Assembly: GCA_963675295.2 (NCBI GenBank)
Contig: CAXXKJ010000002.1
Coordinates: forward strand, 2,592,001 to 2,656,000
DNA from: a bacterium
GTDB lineage: Bacteria > Electryoneota > Electryoneia > Electryoneales > Electryoneaceae
Direction of reading: 5' to 3'
Length of the DNA: 64,000 nucleotides
The position numbers and the translations under genes are program-made. Shown piece after piece: positions 59,350 through 64,000 of this stretch (its first letter is position 1; every line of letters begins with the position of its first letter). The notes beneath the pieces are model-generated. The model did not search any database. It was not told the DNA's origin and saw nothing but the letters and a program-made list of their open reading frames with translations.

Positions 59350-60066
59350 TCAGGTTTGCCTGGGTCCAAAGATGGCGGTTCCGATCCGCACCATCGTCGA
59401 CCCTTCCTCGATTGCGATATCGTAATCGTCCGTCATTCCCATCGACAACGTGTCCATGGAAACGTGCGGCAGATTCAAGTTGGTCAGCCTGTCGGCGGCG
59501 GTTCGTACCTCCACGAACGCACGGCGGATCTCGTCACGATCATCGGTCAATGGGCCAATCGCCATCAGACCGTTCACGTTGACATGGTCCAACTTGGATG
59601 CCGCGACGGCAAGGTCCTCGAGTTCACTCAGCTCTGCCCCGCCCTGCGTTTCCGCGCCGCTGACGTTCACCTGAAACAGGATGTTCGCAGTCGTGTCCAG
59701 TTCTTCTACGATACGGTCGGCACGGCTCAACAGTTTCAAACGGTCAATCGACTGGATCGAATCAAACAGCTCGAGAATCGGTTTGACCTTGTTGCTCTGC
59801 AGGGTGCCGATGAACGACCAGTGCAACTCGTTTGCCAGCTCGGGGAACTGCTGCCGAATCGCGTCGATCTTCTCCGGCGTTCCCTGAAAGCGGTTTTCGC
59901 CGAAGAATCGTTGGCCGGCAAGAATGGCTTCGGCAACTGCATCGATCGGCTGAAACTTGCTCACCGCGAGCAGGTTTATCTCATCCGGCGCACGTCCCGC
60001 CGCCTTCGCGGCGCGCGCGATGCGATCCTGTACCTCGGCCAGCCGTTCCGCGATACTCGCGGGCAT
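59350..60066 (-). CDS. yggS: YggS family PLP homeostasis protein
   Basis: LLAVSK, FGEN, FIGTLQSNK, GLMAIG, LSMGMTDDY..AIEEGSTMVRIGTAIFG. Confidence 0.95.
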   Translation of the reverse strand: MPASIAERLAEVQDRIARAAKAAGRAPDEINLLAVSKFQPIDAVAEAILAGQRFFGENRFQGTPEKIDAIRQQFPELANELHWSFIGTLQSNKVKPILELFDSIQSIDRLKLLSRADRIVEELDTTANILFQVNVSGAETQGGAELSELEDLAVAASKLDHVNVNGLMAIGPLTDDRDEIRRAFVEVRTAADRLTNLNLPHVSMDTLSMGMTDDYDIAIEEGSTMVRIGTAIFGPRQT

Positions 60067-60332
60067 CTCGAAATTCCCCCTGCAAAAACATGCGCAAATA
60101 TAGACGCGATCCTCAGTAGAGGCAAGGTAAACCGTCGCGGGCGCGTGTCTTTGAAAAACATGGCGCAACAGCCACGCTCTCGGCCACTCAGGATACGACG
60201 TACTTAGCTGCTCCCTATGGCTCGGGTCAAACGGAGCGGAGAACGGATTTCGAATTGTGGACCAATTTCAGGAACGCGGGCTCCGTGAATGCGTATCTTA
60301 CTTAGGAATTCCTAACACATCAGGTTCAGTCC

Positions 60333-61661
60333 ATGATCAAAATCAGTTCGCTAGGTCTTTTGCCGCTGCTGGTGTCACTCGCATTTGCCCTCCCGATCTC
60401 CGTGATGGCGGAGAATGTCGAGAATGGCGTCTCCGTGTTGTATCACCTCACGGACGAAACGGTCTATCCAGATCATGTGCTGCAGGAGGGTGAAACGGCG
60501 ACGTTGCAGTTCAGCATCGCAAATCTCACGGAACCGTGGACAAATATCGACTGGGCGCTGAACCTGGAACAAACCGGACCGGTTTCCGCACAGACTCTGA
60601 ACGGTATGATTGACGAGATCCCGGTGGGTGCCGAACGTACCGTTTTCCTCTCGATTCCGGTCAGCACTGGCGCGCTTGGGAATCTGCCGGACCGTACCGC
60701 CGCATCCCTGACGCTCGACTCCCCAACTGGCGGAATGACGTATTCCTTCCACCTCTCCCTCCGCAAGGCGGAAGTTTTGCTGATTTCAGACGGGATGGAA
60801 GGTGTGCGCGAAGTGATCGCCCCGGCGTTGGAAGCAGGACACATCGTGTGGGGTTACGCCGGTGTGCCGATGAACGAGCTGCCGCATGAAATGTACGAGG
60901 CATGGACAATCATGGTTGAGGCGGACGCCCGTTACTCGCAGTATCTGTTTACGCAGGAGGATGTGCCGGTGCGGGATTGGTTCCGCTACAGCAACGGCGG
61001 ATCTGTGAGCGGGCTGTACCTGTACGAAACGTACCCCTATGGCGATCCGGAATGGCTGGGCGGATTGGCGTCGGTGTGGAACGATCCGCTCGACGAAACT
61101 ACCTTCCTCGGCTACCCGGACGACCCGATCGCCCAGGGCCAGACGATTGAAGCGTGCAGCTCGGACGGTGTAAGCATCTCCTATCCTTGCTGCGGCAATC
61201 CGGCTATCTTCCTAACTGGTGATGGCATCCCAACGGCGGGCTGGTTTGACTACGGCTGGCGAGTGGCGGACTACGGCTTCTCGCTGGTGCACATGGACAA
61301 TGGCGCCGATGTCGAATTGCCCCGTGATGAACTGATCCGGCGCACTGCCAACTGGCTGGTATACCGCGAGACGAGCGTTCTCGAGCCCATCGAAGAACCT
61401 GCACTGCCGGTTAAGATTGAGCTGGTCGCATACCCGAACCCGTTCAACGCATCCCTGACCATCCAGCTTCGCGGCGAGGGACGGCTCTCCCCCGTCGAGA
61501 TCATCAACGCCAACGGCCGGCTGGTCGAGACCCTCTTCCCTTCCTCAACCCACAGCACACAGCTGAGCTGGAACGCGCAGGGTTATCCGAGTGGGACCTA
61601 CTACGTAAAAACCGCGACACCTAATGGTGCCACGGTTCGAAAAGTCACGTTGCTGAAATAA
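60333..61661 (+). CDS. Secreted hypothetical protein with T9SS-type-A-like CTD
   Basis: Signal peptide; C-terminus AYPNPFNAS...PSGTYYV...KVTLLK. Confidence 0.8.
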   Translation: MIKISSLGLLPLLVSLAFALPISVMAENVENGVSVLYHLTDETVYPDHVLQEGETATLQFSIANLTEPWTNIDWALNLEQTGPVSAQTLNGMIDEIPVGAERTVFLSIPVSTGALGNLPDRTAASLTLDSPTGGMTYSFHLSLRKAEVLLISDGMEGVREVIAPALEAGHIVWGYAGVPMNELPHEMYEAWTIMVEADARYSQYLFTQEDVPVRDWFRYSNGGSVSGLYLYETYPYGDPEWLGGLASVWNDPLDETTFLGYPDDPIAQGQTIEACSSDGVSISYPCCGNPAIFLTGDGIPTAGWFDYGWRVADYGFSLVHMDNGADVELPRDELIRRTANWLVYRETSVLEPIEEPALPVKIELVAYPNPFNASLTIQLRGEGRLSPVEIINANGRLVETLFPSSTHSTQLSWNAQGYPSGTYYVKTATPNGATVRKVTLLK

Positions 61662-61670
61662 AAACAAAGT

Positions 61671-61730
61671 CAAAGACAGTAAAAGATAGTAAAAGACAGC
61701 AAAAGACATGAACAGACAGGGAAAGACACA
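61671..61730 (+). repeat. Degenerate 10-bp tandem repeat x6 (consensus AAAAGACAGN)
   Basis: CAAAGACAGT AAAAGATAGT AAAAGACAGC AAAAGACATG AACAGACAGG GAAAGACACA. Confidence 0.85.
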
Positions 61731-61786
61731 TACACACCTTCGGTTTGCGTGTCTGGAGAAGGCAGTGGCACCGAAAGCGTACTTTC

Positions 61787-62560
61787 CTACCCCAATACCT
61801 TCTTCACCATCTCATCCACCACCGGCTTTACGTGCTGTTCATCCATGAACAGGTGCCCGGCGCCATCCATCTGCAGCAGGCGTGAGCGCGGCGCCCAACG
61901 GACCAGCGTCTCCGCGTTCTCGAACGGCACGATGTTGTCCTCGGCGGCATGCACGGCGATCAGGTTCGGCCGCAGAGATCGCACCGACGGCTCGAGATCC
62001 ACTTCCTTCAGCTTGTCGAAGAACTCCTTGCGCAGCTCACGTGGTTTGCCGTCGGTGTTGATCCGTCCCAGTCCGGTCGCTTGCGCTTCCTCGAACGCAG
62101 ATTTCAGACCAGGCCGCAGCTCACCGGGACGAGCGGTCGCGGCAAAGGTGACCACCAGCTTTACGCTCTCAATCGAACTCGCGGCGGCGAGCGACGCACC
62201 CCCACCGAACGAATGCCCGATCAACACCACCGGGGACGAATAGTTCTTGCGCAGGAATTCGGCGGCGAAGCGCACGTCTGAGACATACCCCTGGAACGTG
62301 GTCTGACTGAAATCGCCCTCGCTCTCACCAAGACCCGGGTAGTCGTAGCGCAGCACGCCGATACCATTCTCGGCCAGGAACCGGCCAGTGTACACCGCCA
62401 CCTTGTACTGCTTGCTGCAGGTGAAGCAGTGGGAGAAGATGGCATACGCTTGGGGTTCCCCCTCCGCGGGCAGATCGAGAATGCCGGCCAGCCGTTCGCC
62501 GTCCTTGTTCGTGAAATGGATGCGCTCGTTGCGGATGTTGCCGCGTGTTGTGTCAGCCAT
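61787..62560 (-). CDS. Alpha/beta hydrolase (N-terminal half of the hydrolase-OsmC family, no OsmC domain)
   Basis: HCFTCSK, GLGESEG, GHSFGG nucleophile, HAAEDNIV, GAGHLF. Confidence 0.88.
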   Translation of the reverse strand: MADTTRGNIRNERIHFTNKDGERLAGILDLPAEGEPQAYAIFSHCFTCSKQYKVAVYTGRFLAENGIGVLRYDYPGLGESEGDFSQTTFQGYVSDVRFAAEFLRKNYSSPVVLIGHSFGGGASLAAASSIESVKLVVTFAATARPGELRPGLKSAFEEAQATGLGRINTDGKPRELRKEFFDKLKEVDLEPSVRSLRPNLIAVHAAEDNIVPFENAETLVRWAPRSRLLQMDGAGHLFMDEQHVKPVVDEMVKKVLG

Positions 62561-62603
62561 GATCAATTGTCTCTGCTTGCTGCTGCATTCGTTCCGGCAC
62601 CTG

Positions 62604-62632
62604 AAACAAGACCGGGGCAGATTGCCCCGGCC
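62604..62632 (-). terminator. Probable intrinsic terminator
   Basis: GGCCGGGGCA-ATC-TGCCCCGGTC followed by TTGTTTC on the minus strand. Confidence 0.6.
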
Positions 62633-62674
62633 AGGTCATACGTAAAACTCGTTGCGTGTCAGAAGGTTTCCCTC

Positions 62675-64000
62675 TTAGCGGACCAGCATTGCCTTAAGAG
62701 TTGCAACCTCGCCTTGGGACTGTGCGGTGACGAAGTAGATCCCCGAAGCCTGTGCCGACAGGTTCAGGTTCAACCGGTGTGATCCGGCATTCAAGGTTCC
62801 GTCCAGTACGCTGGCGACCTGACGTCCGGTGACGTCATGCACCGTCACCGCCACGCGCTGCGTCTGCGGCAGACTGAGTTCGATGGTGCTGCTGCCGTTG
62901 AACGGGTTCGGATACAGGCCGGTCAGTTCGAATTCCGCCGGGATGGTGGCGTCGTTCGCGGAGACGGTCGCGTCGGACAAACCGATATCGTGCAGGAACG
63001 CGGCGACATTACCCCCGCCGAGCTTGGTGAACGTGAACGAGTCGCTCGCGAAAACGTTGTTCGGGTTGTTACCGATCTTGCCAACGAGGCTGTATTCACC
63101 ACCAGGCGCGGAAGCAGGGATGTTCTGCGTCAACGGGCGCACGATGGTGTAGTTCGCCGGGATCGGCAACGGCTGCACGTAAGCCAGCGGGCCGTAGGTG
63201 TTGCCGTTTGGCAGGATCGCCTCGGTCCAGCCGGCGGTGACGATCATCTGGTTTGTCGTGTTGGTGATGTAGGCAGTGAACTCCACCGTCCCACCACCCG
63301 GGAAGATGGTCTGGTTCGGAACGGCCGGTTCAAGCGTGAAGATGATATCTTCGCCGGAGAGCCAGTAGCCGACATCAACGAACACCGGGATGTGATCACT
63401 GGCGGCGTGCAAAGCGTCGGCGACTTCCGGCGAGACGACGCTGTTGGTTCCGTTGTTGATCGCCTGGTTGAAGTGGTTGCCGTCGTTGCCGAACGCGGTG
63501 TAGGTGGTCGCGAGAACGTCCCAGCCTTCGCTGTCAAACAGGCTTTCCTGCGCGAGGATGAAATCGAAACGGTCGTCCATGCCGCCAGTCGCACCTCCAC
63601 CGAACGAAGATGTGCGCGGGCTCTGAGTGTGGACAGCCGCCAGGCTGGCATTGTCGTGCCAGTTTCCTGGTGTTTCAATCGGATCTTCAAAACCGGCGTT
63701 CATCAACGCCTGGTAGGCCGGTTCGGAGCTGGTGTAGATATTGAAGTCGCCGCAGAAGAAGAAATCGGTGCTGTACAGGTCTTCCGAGGTCATGTAGCTG
63801 AGCAGATCGAGTACTTCGTCGTACCGGCGATCTTCCTCGCCCTGGCTGGCTTTGAGGTGCGTATTACCAAACCAGATCTCAGGCTCGGTCGGAATGTTCA
63901 GCGCGGCGAACTGGTAGATCTCATGGTTGCGCAGGTCGGTGGGCACGGAGGCATGTGACACGAGCTCGAACAGATCGTTGCGGTAAAACGCATATTCGTC
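62675..64000 (-). CDS. Endonuclease/exonuclease/phosphatase family protein with Ig-like domain and T9SS-like CTD; 5' end outside the window
   Basis: HLKAS, GDFNIY, DDRFDFIL, ASDHIPV motifs; YPNPFN...KAMLVR; frame open to position 64000. Confidence 0.9.
   Translation of the reverse strand, partial: DEYAFYRNDLFELVSHASVPTDLRNHEIYQFAALNIPTEPEIWFGNTHLKASQGEEDRRYDEVLDLLSYMTSEDLYSTDFFFCGDFNIYTSSEPAYQALMNAGFEDPIETPGNWHDNASLAAVHTQSPRTSSFGGGATGGMDDRFDFILAQESLFDSEGWDVLATTYTAFGNDGNHFNQAINNGTNSVVSPEVADALHAASDHIPVFVDVGYWLSGEDIIFTLEPAVPNQTIFPGGGTVEFTAYITNTTNQMIVTAGWTEAILPNGNTYGPLAYVQPLPIPANYTIVRPLTQNIPASAPGGEYSLVGKIGNNPNNVFASDSFTFTKLGGGNVAAFLHDIGLSDATVSANDATIPAEFELTGLYPNPFNGSSTIELSLPQTQRVAVTVHDVTGRQVASVLDGTLNAGSHRLNLNLSAQASGIYFVTAQSQGEVATLKAMLVR

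Overview
GC-rich, densely coding bacterial chromosome segment with no prophage, integrase, transposase, rRNA or CRISPR array. Four secreted proteins carry a C-terminal 'YPNPFN...K..L.K' T9SS-type-A-like sorting domain. With a PorV-like barrel and a yggS-divIVA-ileS(type 2)-dksA block, this points to an FCB-superphylum-like lineage (inference). Contents: tricorn protease, S8 and M14 peptidases, an hflKC/outer-membrane operon, Nramp-like transporter, GT-C/TPR glycosyltransferase, flavodiiron protein, dnaK, globin-coupled chemoreceptor, TetR-TolC-MFP-RND operon, tRNA-Leu(CAG) and a nine-gene chemosensory operon. Most notable is an apparently split SOS mutasome on two loci about 24 kb apart: an 84-aa ImuB-C-like protein plus active DinB, and a truncated ImuB plus DnaE2, with no imuA. 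Both promoters have a TTG-N17-TATCTT layout and a TGAAC-N4-GTWCA LexA-like box, both Y-family proteins end in a RecA-N-terminus-like motif, and an identical 27-bp palindrome occurs at both loci. Other oddities: an RND pump lacking the proton-relay Asp-Asp pair, a double-Hpt CheA operon without cheW, a sigma54-type promoter and DnaA-like boxes upstream of dnaK, adjacent zinc-ligand-depleted IleRS and DksA, a candidate sRNA, and several REP-like and heptamer repeat families. All calls come from reading motifs by eye; no database searches were run.
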